A DNA stretch of 64,000 nt, taken from NCBI RefSeq assembly GCF_001194135.2, contig NC_068981.1, positions 88,627,140-88,691,139 of the forward strand, in the 5' to 3' direction. This document shows, piece after piece, positions 25,410 through 38,998 of the stretch (position 1 is its first letter; every line of letters starts with the position of its first letter). The position numbers and the translations under genes were made by a program. Under the pieces are notes generated by a model. That model did no database searches. It saw only the letters and a list, made by a program, of their open reading frames with translations, and was not told where the DNA came from. The stretch is from Octopus bimaculoides (taxonomy: Eukaryota).

Positions 25410-25605
25410 GCAGTGGCTGTGTGATTAGATGGTTGCTTCGCATCTATGTGGTTGCGGATTCAGTCCTACTGCAATTAGGGAGAAGTGACCGATAGAATAA
25501 GTATCAGGTTTATGAAAATAAGTACGGGTATCTATTCATTTAACCCTTCGAGGCGATTCCCCAGCTTGGGTGCAGTTCAATGAATGAAACAAGTGAAAGA
25601 TAAAA
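25410..25605 (+). mobile_element. Internally deleted SINE family C (head joined to tail)
   Basis: GTGGCTGTGTGATTAG..TTCAGTCCTACTGC joined to GACCGATAGAATAAGTA..AATGAATGAAACAAGTGAAAGATAAAA. Confidence 0.65.
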
Positions 25606-26717
25606 AAAATCCTAAAACGTCACTGTATGTTAAATAAGAATCTATATACATTCTATCCTATTGGCACATGCAAGAAAATGAAGAGAGTCTCTTGACTGAC
25701 AGCTTTACGGCTTGTTGATCGTTCTTCAGAGATGTATGCACTTTTTTCCGAAACAATAACGCAAATATATACGCATGAAAAACTACATAATGTGCAACAC
25801 TGTCAATTTTATAGGCTTATCGTATTGAGTTCTATATTAGATAATGCTTGCGCCAAGTTTAAATATATTACTTTATATTTTACAACACTTATATTATGAG
25901 ATATGTATGTTTGTGCATGTATATGTGTTTCTGTGTGCGTGTGTGTTTGTGTGAGTATGTGTATGTGTGTATGTTTATATACAAAAAATATATACATATA
26001 TATATATAGACATACACACATAGATGTGTGTGTGTGTGTGTGTATCTGTGTGCGTATGAGTGTGATAAAGTTTATTTCTGTACATACACAAGTTTCTGTG
26101 GCGTGTATTCCTGCGTACTCTCGTTTGTAAATAGGGCGAAACTTTATATAATTGTTTGTTTCGTTGTACAAATGCACGAAAAGTCTGTTTGCCAATTAAA
26201 TGCGGAATCATTCGTATTCCACTGGCGTCTGGCTAAGTTTATTATATCATCTATGTTAAGCGGAAAGGAAACGTGAGCTGAATTTCTTTTGCCATTTCTG
26301 TAGTAATTATTAGAGATTTGGTATTAAGGTAGATACGTGTAAATGTACCAGCGAGCGTGTGAATGAGCGTACAAATGAATAGCGATACGCTAAATCCGAT
26401 CTGTCTTACATAGTGAAACAATGGAACCTAAGGAAACGACTGTTGATCTGTTTAGACAAATAGTGAATACAAAATATTCATATAATGAAATAAAAAAAAT
26501 TCTGTGTGGACAGAGAAGTTTTTCTCACGTAAAAGTAATTTATTCGATTTTTTCAACTTTATTTACTAAACAATTTAAGTTGAATACCGTAGATTAATCA
26601 AGGTCTGTTTTGAAGGAAGATAACTGGATTATACAATATACATTGTTATATTATTGATTTACTTTGACTATGAGTAAATATAAATTTTATAAACAATGCT
26701 ATGGTCGGACCCAGATT

Positions 26718-27103
26718 GTTGTTGTTAGCACTCCGTTGCTTACGACGTCGAGGGTTCCTGTTGGTCTGATCAACGGAACAGCCTGCTCATGAAATTAATG
26801 TGCAAGTGGCTGAGCACTCCACAGACACGTGTACTCTTAACGTAGTTCTTGGGGATATTCAGCGTGACACAGTGTGACAAGGCTGACCTTTTTAAATACC
26901 GGTACAACAGAAACAGGAAGAAAGAATGAGAGAAAGTTGTGGTGAAAGAGTACAGCAGGGTTCGCCACCAACCCCTGCCGGAGCCTCGTGGAGCTTTAAG
27001 TGTTTTCGCTCAACAAACATTCACAACGCCCGGTCTGGGAATCGAAACCGCGATCCTATAACCGCGAGTCTGCTGCCCCGACCACTGAGCCATTGCGCTT
27101 CCA
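26718..27103 (-). mobile_element. Full-length SINE family B with 12-bp TSD
   Basis: Reverse complement of 22982-23365; TSD CGGACCCAGATT at 26706-26717 and 27104-27115. Confidence 0.93.
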
Positions 27104-28722
27104 CGGACCCAGATTAAGCATTAAGCAAAATAATCATGTGAGAGTATAACAAAAATATTTATTCTAGTTCCAGTTTCACTGGAGATAGCGCAGTTGAACC
27201 AACCCCGCTGAAAAATGCTGAAATTTTGCTTTTTTGCTATGATTGCCTCAGTTATAAGTAAATACATTGCTTATATTATTTCTTCAATTTAGTGTTACAA
27301 TAAAAAAACAAAACATGGTTATATATTTAATATAGTTGTGGGGTCAAGTCGAAGAGAAAGCCTAGAAGAAAATTTAATTCTTAATCTCTTATTTTTCATT
27401 CAGCACATACTACGTCTTTAATATCTTGTCAGTTTTATAACGGAAGGATCGAGTGGGCGACAGTGTTGAGTAGGACTAAGCTTAGGACATGATTTGACCT
27501 TAATCTATCCCTGTATATCGTTATAGAGACAATCATTTCAGTACACTGTTGGTACTTATTTTGTCAACCCGTATAAATTACTGGTATACAACATATCACT
27601 CACAGATGAATAAAGGATACAAGCCAGTGTTAATGAAGTTGTTCAGTTCTACTTTCGACTGTCTTGGCTTTCTGACATTAAATCTGCCCTCAGCAACGGC
27701 ATAAAACCTGATTGTGACATTTTGAAGTTAAGAATATATTTCGCAGTATAATGTCCAATAATTTTACACAGAAATAATCAATAATTTGATGAATAATACG
27801 CCGAATGTGGTTTATTCAGTATTATGGATATTTATAAATGAATATTATAACATATCCTCCACACCGGAAGCGTTAGCGTATATTTTATGATATTTATTTT
27901 GTATACAATAGAACTACTCAAAGTACATTCATGTTATTCACATGCTAATATACATAATTATATACATACATACATATATGAATAGGTGGTGTATTTGCAT
28001 TGAAATATAGATTCCTATAATAAGCATACCTGTTGTGTGTTTGAACAGTCTAATATGGATGTCTTTGTGCAGATTATACATTTGCAAACTAATGTGGAAG
28101 CCTGCGTGTAGATTATACATGTCTGAAATGAGGTAGGCAGCTATATAAATGCAAATATAATTTCGTAGGTGTAAAGAAAATCATATTAACTTTTCAAAAA
28201 ATATGTCAGGATCTGACACGTATGATTTTTTTTTTACAATTCAATTCTCTATGAATGGCAATATCGACTGAACATACCAACACTTTCTCCCTCTCTCTCT
28301 TTCTCCATACCTTTCTCTTTCTCTCCCTCCTCTCACTTTCTTACACACATACATAATGTGTATATATATATGTGTGTGTGTGTGCGCGCACATACACACG
28401 TGTATATGCATATATGTATGTCCATCTGTATACACACACCTCCACATACAATTTTTGTATGTGTGTTAGGGAGAGATATATTGAAATAGATAGATATGAG
28501 AATATTTACAAAGGGGATCACAAAAGAACCTCATTTAAACATGATTCATTCTTATTCATAGAAAGATATACATCAACACACACATACATACACACATACA
28601 CACAATATTTTTAGAACCTACACACAAATATCAATAGAAATAAATCTGTTTATGCAAGTACGTATATGTGTATATATATATGTACGTTTATGTATATATA
28701 TGTGCGTATATGTATACACACA

Positions 28723-28781
<59 letters not shown>

Positions 28782-28784
28782 ATG

Positions 28785-28823
<39 letters not shown>

Positions 28824-28849
28824 NNNNNNNNNNTCTATCTATCTATATG

Positions 28850-28941
<92 letters not shown>

Positions 28942-28959
28942 CGTGTCTATGCCTTCGTC

Positions 28960-29310
28960 TGCTTATATCTTTTATTTTGTACTTGTTTCAGTCATTGGTC
29001 TGCGGCCATGTTGAGTCACTGCCTCAAAAGATTGAGTCGAACAAATCGATCCCAGTACTTGATTTTTACGCTTGGTACTTATTCTATCGTTTTTTGTTGT
29101 TGCACTGCTAAGTTAAACGAATGCAAAAAAAAAAACAGCACCAGTTATCTAGCGGTGGTGGAGAAAGTACAAACACAGACACACACACATAAACTCACAC
29201 TTAGATAGATACATACACACAGATACACACATGCATATGTAGACACACATGTATATGTTGACACAACAGGCTTCTTTCAGTTTCCGTCTACCAAATCTAC
29301 TCACAAAGTA
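28960..29310 (-). mobile_element. SINE family C 3' part and core
   Basis: TACTTGTTTCAGTCATTGGTCTGCGGCCATG..TACTTATTCTATCG..(CA)-rich..CTTCTTTCAGTTTCCGTCTACCAAATC. Confidence 0.85.
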
Positions 29311-29379
29311 CAGAGCCAGTACGGCTCTATACCTTGAAATGACTACTATTGGAACATACATATCATGTACAGGAAACTT

Positions 29380-29667
29380 TTTAACCACTTCTATACACCA
29401 CTTTACTCGAATAATGCAGCTACAATTACAATATTTTATATTTTATTTCATTCATTCTCTTATTTCCCTCTATATTTCCGATCTCTTCTTTTTCCATAAT
29501 AATTCCTCATTTCGAACTCAAATATTTACCTCTATTTAACCATCTCACATCGTCTCTGATGAAGGGATATCCATTATATCCCAGAAACAGCTGTAAGACT
29601 ATATCTATAACTTTTTCCTTATAAATGTCCTGAAAACTCCTCACAGGCTTGACTTTGTTATCTCATT
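29380..29667 (+). mobile_element. Orphan module resembling a Penelope pseudo-LTR
   Basis: Pyrimidine-rich leader, hammerhead motif, short trailer, ending at (TA)n (29667-29733). No ORF. PLE origin is inferred from architecture only. Confidence 0.5.
29552..29599 (+). ncRNA. Minimal type I hammerhead ribozyme motif
   Basis: GTCT-CTGATGA-A-GGGATAT-ccatt-ATATCCC-A-GAAA-CAGCTG-TA-AGAC: stem I GTCT/AGAC, intact core, 7-bp stem II, palindromic stem III, GUA cleavage triplet. Confidence 0.75.
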
Positions 29668-29674
29668 TTGCCTA

Positions 29675-29714
<40 letters not shown>

Positions 29715-29729
29715 ATATATATATACTAT

Positions 29730-29765
29730 ATATACTAGCAGCTAAGTCCGGTTTCACCCGGTCGG
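29730..29765 (+). mobile_element. Possible Helitron 5'-end fragment
   Basis: TATACTAGCAGCTAAGTCCGGTTTCACCCGG after (TA)n resembles the ACTAG...CCCGGCTTCGCCCGG starts of invertebrate non-autonomous Helitrons. Short match only. Confidence 0.3.
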
Positions 29766-29784
29766 TTTGGATGATGTGCAAGAC

Positions 29785-29942
29785 GGGCTTATTTAAGTTT
29801 TCGTCTACCAAATCCACTCACAAGGCTTTGGTCAACCCGAGGCTAAGGTAGAAGGTACCTGCCCAAGGTCTCACGCAGTGTAACTGAAACCGGAACCATG
29901 TGGTTGGGAAGCAAGCTTCTTACCGTACAGCCACGCCTGCGC
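29785..29942 (-). mobile_element. SINE family C 5' head
   Basis: TCTACCAAATCCACTCACAAGGCTTTGGTC..ACCATGTGGTTGGGAAGCAAGCTTCTTACC..CAGCCACGCCTG. Confidence 0.88.
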
Positions 29943-30367
29943 CAATATATATATATTTTGACAATATTAATAATAAGGATCATTACGAAGTTGCATAGTA
30001 ATACCTTTAATTATCTAATTCATATAGCGCTTTACATAGACCAAAACATGTTTCAATTGCACCGATTAATAACCGTTGCAATTGCAACCCTACTGTAAAA
30101 CCGGTGCAGTTTCTTCAGGGTCTTTACTCGATATCCTTCGATTTGGCAGTTTAAAGGTTTTCTTTTATCTACTCTTCGTTGTAATATATAGAGCTATCCC
30201 GTTAAGCTAGACTCGAACAATCTTCGTTTCAAGTTCTTATTGGATAATCATTTTTAGTTCATTATTACAAAACCTATAGTTTAAAGGATAATTATTCATT
30301 TAAACTTGGCAAATGTGTATTTCCTCATGCGCAAGCATCTCAATGCTTGTTCCTGTCTAGAATTTAT

Positions 30368-30425
<58 letters not shown>

Positions 30426-30668
30426 NNNNNNNNNNNNNNNNNNNNNNNNNNNNNNNNNNNNNNNNNNNNNNNNNNNNNNNNNNNNNNNNNNNNNNNNNNN
30501 NNNNNNNNNNNNNNNNNNNNNNNNNNNNNNNNNNNNNNNNNNNNNNNNNNNNNNNNNNNNNNNNNNNNNNNNNNNNNNNNNNNNNNNNNNNNNNNNNNNN
30601 NNNNNNNNNNNNNNNNNNNNNNNNNNNNNNNNNNNNNNNNNNNNNNNNNNNNNNNNNNNNNNNNNNNN

Positions 30669-30707
<39 letters not shown>

Positions 30708-31275
30708 CGTGAGCGCACGTGCGCGTGTGTGGGTGACAGAGAGGGAGAGAGAGAGAGAGAGAGAGAAAGAGTGAGCCAGCACACACGCTCGTATATTCGT
30801 GCATAAACACAAGCAACTCTGTATATCATCGAATCTGTCCATTTTATGAGAAAAAAGTATTTAATGCGTATAGTAGAGTGTTTATTTATACATGTTAATG
30901 TCCTTGTGGACAATATAACTGCCATGGCATATTTATATACTTAGTGTCGCGCATAGTTTTCTGGTTGATTTTGAATATCTTTGTATATGGCATGTAAACC
31001 CAGAATTTACGTAATCATAGAAATTACGAATGTTTTGTGTTTATCTGAAAAATAATTAGATTTGCCTGAAAAATTTAGTGAATAGGCGAAGAGGCACGTC
31101 CCCAGTAGTTTGAACGCAAAAACTCCCCAGATATTTTCGATCACTTTTGTATTTATGTGAATATGATTGTGTGTTTGTATAAATTTATATAAATGTTAAT
31201 ATAAATACATTAATACACACCCACATACACAACATACACGCACACATAAGCACACACACAAATGTATATAAATAT

Positions 31276-31317
<42 letters not shown>

Positions 31318-31569
31318 ATATACATGTGTACATATATGCACACACGTAATATTCACTAGATGAAATACGTGACTACCATAAGTAACACACATGTTTAGAA
31401 AATTTGTAAAATTATGCATCGACACCGTCAGGGACGCGGCCACATGTCTTCAAAAATAAAGGGTGGTATGATTATTATATTTTATAGTAGTGACCTCTCT
31501 CTCTCTTTCGCTTTCTCTTTCTCTCTCATTGTATGTGTGTGTGTGTACATATAGTGTGTACATATATGC

Positions 31570-31654
31570 CAAATAGACGTGCTTCTGGACAGATCATTGG
31601 GTACATCTTCGATACCCTCAAGAGCGAGAGTTACACATAGACACACTGACACAC

Positions 31655-31702
<48 letters not shown>

Positions 31703-32230
31703 GCAGACACATGTATTTGTACAGATATACAAATCCAGTCACTCGAACATTATGAACTTGGAATCTTTCTTTAAATCTTTTGAACCAGCCAGTACTTGCT
31801 AAAAATTTTTGACTGTATTCTTCTCCGGAACGCTCCTTTAGAGTTTGAAATAGACTTCTGGCCTTCGACTGCACAGTAAAAAGACTTAACGGTGTCTCCG
31901 TTTTTGGATCTGATTTTCAATCCAGATTTGTAGCAAGTTTCCCATTTTGTATATGGGCCCAGTCCGCTGCTTTGTTGTAACTGTAGATCGCATGGATGCT
32001 GAATCTTTCACAGCTTCACGGATCCTTTCTTTATCTTTCAAAATTGTCGAATCAGCAGAGTGTGATAACTTCACTTCACTTGCGATCTCATTCACTTTCT
32101 TTCTTCCTTCGTGCTGTCTAATCCCCATTATTCTTGTGTCGAGATCGATGACTTTTCTTTGATTCTTGGCAGTTTGAGAGCAGATGAAGACAGTTCCATC
32201 TTTATAGACATTTTAGGGGATATTTTATGA
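31570..32230 (-). mobile_element. Tigger/pogo-type transposase remnant (CENP-B-like HTH; DDE region missing)
   Basis: KVNEIASEVKLSHSADSTILKDKERIREAVKDSAS..LLQIWIENQIQKR; QSKARSLFQTLKERSGEEYSQKFLASTGWFKRFKERFQVHNVRVTG. Confidence 0.88.
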
Positions 32231-33464
32231 AAACATATGAAAGATAGCACACACAGAATCACCGAGAGTCTCAAGCAGTCGTCTTATAAACAAATACGAG
32301 GTTGCCTCGATATCTCCGCGACAGGATATTCATCCAACACTTGGCATAACAACAGTGGCGATCCATAACCAAACCTAGTGTGAGCGTTTGTTAGCTGACG
32401 TCATTCGTAGACGGTTCAAATTCTAAGAAATTAAACCCATTAGATTTCAACTGGACTAATTATATATATACACACCCATGTGTGTGCGTATATGTTTATA
32501 CACACACGTGCGTGTGCCTGTGCATGTATATTTGTATATATATATATATATANNNNNNNNNNNNNNNNNNNNNNNNNNNNNNNNNNNNNNNNNNNNNNNN
32601 NNNNNNNNNNNNNNNNNNNNNNNNNNNNNNNNNNNNNNNNNNNNNNNNNNNNNNNNNNNNNNNNNNNNNNNNNNNNNNNNNNNNNNNNNNNNNNNNNNNN
32701 NNNNNNNNNNNNNNNNNNNNNNNNNNNNNNNNNNNNNNNNNNNNNNNNNNNNNNNNNNNNNNNNNNNNNNNNNNNNNNNNNNNNNNNNNNNNNNNNNNNN
32801 NNNNNNNNNNNNNNNNNNNNNNNNNNNNNNNNNNNNNNNNNNNNNNNNNNNNNNNNTTTTTTTTTTTTTTTTTTTTTTTTTTCGTTTTTCTTTCTTTCTT
32901 ATATGTGTGAATACTCTCAAATGAAAAATTGTTTCATGACGCATCTGACAATGTAGAATCATTAACAATTCAACATCGCGTGTATGCGTTTACCTGCCTT
33001 GTTTTCGATGCTGAAATATACTTTACAATAACTTACATTTTTTTCTTCACTCTTCACCTACATCTATTTCCAGAGAAATTATATATTTTATATAACTACT
33101 AATTTTCATTTTACCTCTACAAATGTTTCGATATAAAACTGTACGTGTGTATTCCAAAAGAAATGTCTCATATTATACAAGCTTTATAATAATTTCTCGA
33201 GTACAGATACAGTAGGGTTTGTGATTAAATAACCATACATTGTCATATCTGTATGTGCGTATGTACGTACGTACGAATGTATGTATCTATCTTATATTGT
33301 AATATAGCCTTGATCTGAAATTATTCTTCTCGATAATATTTGTTGGTCGTTTGGAATGAGGAACAATCGAACCGATTTCATTGTTATTTAACAATTGCCC
33401 AGAATCTGTTTACAGTCTTTTCATTCCAAGCTAAAAAGGGAAGGTAGCGAAAGGCTGATTTATC

Positions 33465-34917
33465 TTTTACTTGTTTCAGTCACTGGACTGCAACCTTGAA
33501 GTGTTTAGTTAAAACTATCGACCTACTACTTACTTTTTAAGGTCTTGTATTTATATCAGGTTGTAACGAAAGTTCTATCCGTTTTTCTAATTGAAATAAA
33601 AATGAAAATGCAGCCTAAAATAGATTTATTTAATCATCAACATAGTCACCGTTCTTTTCAAGGACATCTTCCCATCTTTCCCTGAGCTTTTTGATACCCT
33701 TTATGAAAAGGGTATCAAAAAAAAAAAAAATGAAAGAAAGAAACTAGCTTTATTTCAACCTCTTCTTATGAAGTAAATCGAAGTCCTGCAAAATGATTCT
33801 CTAAGCTTCTAAAAAGATGATAATCTGTTGGAGTAAGGTCAGGAGAATATAGTAGATGAAGCATAATTTCCAAGCCAAATTCTTGTAGGAGATTCTTAGT
33901 CACTCTAGCAGTGAGAGGTCTGGCATTATCATGCTGTAAGATCACTCCTTTTCTGTTTACCAACGAAGGTCGTTTTCCCTGTAGAACTGTTTTTAAGCGT
34001 CTTAGCTGCTGGCAGTAAACTTCAGCTATTATTGCTTGATTGTCACCTAACAGCTTATAATTAACAATTCCCCTCATGTCCTACTATACACTCAAAAGAA
34101 TCTTCTTTGGATGCAGACCTCTTCGAAGGTGTTCGATACGTCTTCAATTACGGTTGAGCCACTCTCTTTTGCGCTTAACATTACTGTAGCGAATCCACTT
34201 CTCATTTCCAGTAATGATTTTGTCTAAAAAAGGTATTTGAAGTTCACTAGAATGCAATGAGACACAGTAGTCCACACGGTGTATGCGATTGTTTTCTGAC
34301 AGATCATGTGGAGCCCATCTTCCAGCCTTGGAGACTTTATCAAACCTTATTATTTATGATAGATGGTCATATGGCTCACATTAAACTCCGTGCTAAGTTC
34401 ATCAACAGTAGCTTGTAATTCCACAGAATTGAGTTGTTTGGGGCGTCCTTCTCTTGCTTTATCTTTTAGACTGAAGTCATCCCTTTTGAAACGTGAAAAC
34501 CATCTTCTGAATGTACTTTTATGCACCACATCATTTGTATAAGTGTTTTTGAGTAATTTTGTTGCTGAACTTGCTGTATTCTGCTTCTGGAATTCAAACG
34601 GTAACACATGCCGTGTGTGCTCTTTACTTAGGGTCAGCTGAAAGAAGAAATATTTTAGTGATTTAGATAGCTACTAATATAATTTAGAAGCTAGATTGGT
34701 GTAATCCTGTCTTATAATTATCCTTAAAAAAAAAAACGGACAGAACTTTCGTTACAACTTGATACTATCGCTTACTTTTGCTGAACCGCTAAGTTACAGT
34801 GAGGTAAAACTAACATCGGTTGTCACACAGTGGTAGGGGAAAAACGCAAAAACAAAGGCACTCACACACATCCGGTGACCGTCTTTCAGTTTCCGTCCAC
34901 CACATCCGCTCATAGGG
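33465..34917 (-). mobile_element. SINE family C interrupted by the mariner element
   Basis: SINE tail at 33465-33555 continues at 34763-34917 (TACTATCGCTTACTTTTGCTGAACCGCTAAGTTAC..CTTTCAGTTTCCGTCCACC). Confidence 0.75.
33556..34762 (-). mobile_element. Full-length decayed mariner transposon (1207 bp)
   Basis: TIRs TCAGGTTGTAACGAAAGTTCTATCCGTTTTT / AAAAACGGACAGAACTTTCGTTACAACTTGA (2 mismatches), TA duplication. Transposase fragments TFRRWFSRFKRDDFSLKDKAREGRP and VILQHDNARP..YSPDLTPTDYHLFRSLEN. Confidence 0.95.
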
Positions 34918-34945
34918 CTCAATAACCTTCCTCAGTGCCACAATT

Positions 34946-35787
34946 GTCCTCAATAACCTTCAACAGTGCCACAATTGTCCGAACTTTCTCTCCAGTAGCC
35001 ACATGACTTAGACTTACACAAATCTAAGTAGAAAACAATAATAGTTTAAGTAATTTATTTTTATCTTTTATTTTTTACTTATTTCAGCCACTGGACTGCG
35101 GCCATTCTGGGGCAGCACTTTGAAATTTTAGTCAAATGAATTGACCCCGGGACTTCTTTTTTTTAAGCCTAGTACTTATTCTACTGGTTTCTTTTGCTGA
35201 ACTGCTAAGTTACAGGAACACAAACACAGACACAAAGACACACACACACAGATACACACACNNNNNNNNNNNNNNNNNNNNNNNNNNNNNNNNNNNNNNN
35301 NNNNNNNNNNNNNNNNNNNNNNNNNNNNNNNNNNNNNNNNNNNNNNNNNNNNNNNNNNNNNNNNNNNNNNNNNNNNNNNNNNNNTATATATATATATATA
35401 TATATATGTTTGTATGTATGTATATATATATATATATATGTTTGTATGTATATATATATATATGTGTGTGTGTGTATGTATCTGTGTGTGTGTGTCTTTG
35501 TGTCTGTGTTTGTGTTCCTGTAACTTAGCAGTTCAGCAAAAGAAACCAGTAGAATAAGTACTAAGCTTTAAAAAAAGAAGTCCCGGGGTCGATTCATTTG
35601 ACTAAAATTTCAAGGTGGTGCTCCAAAATGGCCGCAGTCCAGTGGCTGAAACAAGTAAAAAATAAAAGATAAAAATAAATTACTTAAACTATTATTGTTT
35701 TCTACTTAGATTTGTGTAAGTCTAAGTCATGTGCCTACTGGAGATAAAGTTCGGACAATTGTGGCACTGATGAAGGTTATTGAGGAC
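34946..35787. repeat. Inverted repeat of about 315 bp around a gap and (TA)n/(TG)n
   Basis: 34946-35261 aligns to the reverse complement of about 35463-35787 with about 11 mismatches by manual alignment; includes over 100 bp of non-SINE sequence. Confidence 0.92.
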
Positions 35788-36012
35788 GAAACACTTGTCC
35801 ACGTCTGTCTTCTTAGTACACGTTAATAAGTATGTTTCTTTCCTTAATGACAATGTAAATTTTGGAGAAATTTTGAATGTTGAGATTATTTCCCTTTTCG
35901 AATAGAATGGTCGTAATTACCATATTTGTAATTATGATACGTTATCTAGGGGCGGAGATAGTTTTAATAAACCAAGAATTTTTGTTATAAGGTATTCAAC
36001 ATATCGGTATTT

Positions 36013-36059
<47 letters not shown>

Positions 36060-36072
<13 letters not shown>

Positions 36073-36150
36073 GTACGAAGGGCTTCTTTCAGTTTCTGTC
36101 TACCAAATCCACTCACAAGGCTTAGGTCGGCTCTTGGCTATAGTAAAATC
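36060..36150 (-). mobile_element. SINE family C core fragment after (CA)n
   Basis: GGCTTCTTTCAGTTTCTGTCTACCAAATCCACTCACAAGGCTTAGGTCGG. Confidence 0.8.
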
Positions 36151-38923
36151 CACACCTTTTAAGCTAAAATGAGATAAGAAAAATACTCGAAGAGGCCAAG
36201 TGTGTGTGTGCTCAAGAGCGTATGTATGGTAAAAGACTGTAACCGGAAATGAAAGTATATCCAAATGCTTAATTTGTATTCAATTTTCATTGTTGAAGTC
36301 TATCTTAGCTCCTTAGAAGACATCCTTCTATCATTTGTTAATTCTATGACAAGTTTCAGATAAGCGACGTGTAAAATAATAAAAAGCAGAAATAATTTTG
36401 TTTGCCTCGGTGAATAAAGTATAAATTGTATTTTATTGCGTGAATAATGAATAATTGATAATCAAACTAATTGGTTAATTTGATGATTCACTTGATGAGA
36501 AAAGTCGATCTTCATTACAAAATATCTTCTGGATTAAGCTATGATGTGGTGCAGTGATCAAATAAAGGTATTTTTTAACATAATCAGTGAGTAAAATTAC
36601 TGTTCGTTTCTAGAGTGAAATCTTGCCAAATTGGCCGTTAATGAAATTTACTAATCTTTTGTCGGACCAACGAAAGAGCTTCTACTGAGTTGTGCGATCA
36701 ACTAGAAAGAAAAACCTCTTTCTATATATTTAAATTGATTAAATAGTCTTAGCTACCTCCTGAAAATGCAAAATTGTCACACCTCTGCTGAATTTGGCTT
36801 GACCTTAACTAAGCAACAATTAATGCCAATTAATATTTTAAATTCTGAATTAGAATGCTCCTGTAAGAAACTTACATGTTTCTACGACTCATTATATCAG
36901 CTTTAACATATTTCGAAGTTCAGTTATGTATCTCATATCTTATGCTCTCCCTCCTGTACAATAACGATTTGCATGTTCTTACATTAAATTATACGTCCAA
37001 GCAGAGAATTTCATTCTTTACTGATTCTGACTATTTAGCACGTAATATCATATACGCTCAAGACAGACATCTTTCCCCAAACATACATGACGTCTGTGCA
37101 TAACGACCTAAAACATATCCAACAATTTTAACACGATCTCGTTCAACTGCACCAAGATGTCATCACCAAGTATCAAAAAATACACAATTGTACACACTTC
37201 TTCATCATGAACAACACTGCTAAAATCGCCTTATTCTTTATAAATGATATGAATTTCACTCTCTGGTGGCTTTCCATTGCAACTCCACCCATAACATATG
37301 AAACTTTACATTATAAAACACGGTTTTCATGTAAGAGCTAGGAAATAATTGATCACTGAACAGTTTCTGAAGCTTTGTAACGTACAAGTTCATTCCCAGA
37401 ATTCCTAGAAAGGTGCTTCAACTGTATACATAAGTATTCGTGACGAGAGCTAAAAACAGGTTGATAGGCATTTCTTACAAAAATACACTGTAATTACTAA
37501 TCAAACTATTCGCCATGTGTTTCTTTAATTTCCGGTTTGCACACTACGACAGCTCTTGTTCTTATGGACAAGCAAATATTTTACGGTGTATCTGCCAATT
37601 TTGCTAGATGCAATTTCATTTAAGCATTTATTCAAGATACTAATCTAATAATTTTCTTCACTCATTCTACAATAGGACTGTATCTCACTTGAAATCTTCC
37701 TCATCTATTTCTCGGTAAGAACAATCCTGTAGAAATGCAGATTGAACACCAGCCACATATCAGCCTCCTGTGTTTTCTCTATACCCAAATCTGTGAGTAT
37801 TTTGCCGTTACTTCAAACCTAGTGAAATACTGTAGTTAAATTTTAACCTGGTGAATAAAAGAATCGATTAGATATACGACCAGGTGGGTAGATTGGTTGG
37901 TTATAATGATATTCCGTGTTAACATGAAACTAAAAGCTTCTACAGGTGTTTTTGGTTATATAAAGTAGCTACAATATTTATAGTGAACTAATGTATAGCC
38001 TGGAGATGACTCTTTATGTAAACGAAGATGCATTTTGCGAGGTTGTTTATTCAGTGATGGTAATATAATAGTTATAAAAATCAATTGTAAAGGCTTCGAG
38101 ATATAACATGATATTATTAATAGCTGTAGTTTCAAGAAAAGCATAATTCAGTATTGTATTTATCTTACACAAACTATTAATAAATAAAAATTATTTCGTT
38201 TTCATTTGTTATTCTCCACATTAATATTTTACTGCAATTTTATTCTTATATTTTACTTTTTATTTAAATATTCAAGAAACACATCTTATGCGTTAATAAG
38301 ATTAAATTTATACATAATATATTTCAGTTTTCACTCCATTTCAGCTTTCATTCCATTTTTTTCTTCTTTTTTCTGCTTGCATTAAGCAGCTCTAACATGA
38401 AGTAGGTTTGTGTCTTCGTAGATGAAGGCTTCATTGAGAAGATGAAAGTGAGAATGAACAAGAGCACTAACACTCTGAAAATAAAAACCAAAATGTAATT
38501 AGCCTAGTTTTGAATTTATCTAAAGCAAATACATAAATCAAAAATGCATTTACATTCGACATTATACATGATTTTTTTTTGGAGGAATACTTTTTAAACT
38601 CTTTAATTGAATAGTCCAAATTATATATTTTCAATTTATCTCACATCAATTTATCTTATAACTGCCAAAATCCGTTTGTTTCCCATTATATGTAATCAAA
38701 CTTCAGGAGTCGCCTGAAAGATAGCAAGGGGTGAAATTTGAGTGGTAACTAAATACTCAATTTAAATGTCTGTCTGTTTGTGTCTGTATGTGTGTCTGTA
38801 TGTGTGTCTGTATGTGTGTGTGTACGTATGTATATATGTATAAAATTATATTTTATACTGTATATTACATACACACACATATCTATGTATATGTTTATAA
38901 TACGCACACATACATACATATAT

Positions 38924-38998
<75 letters not shown>

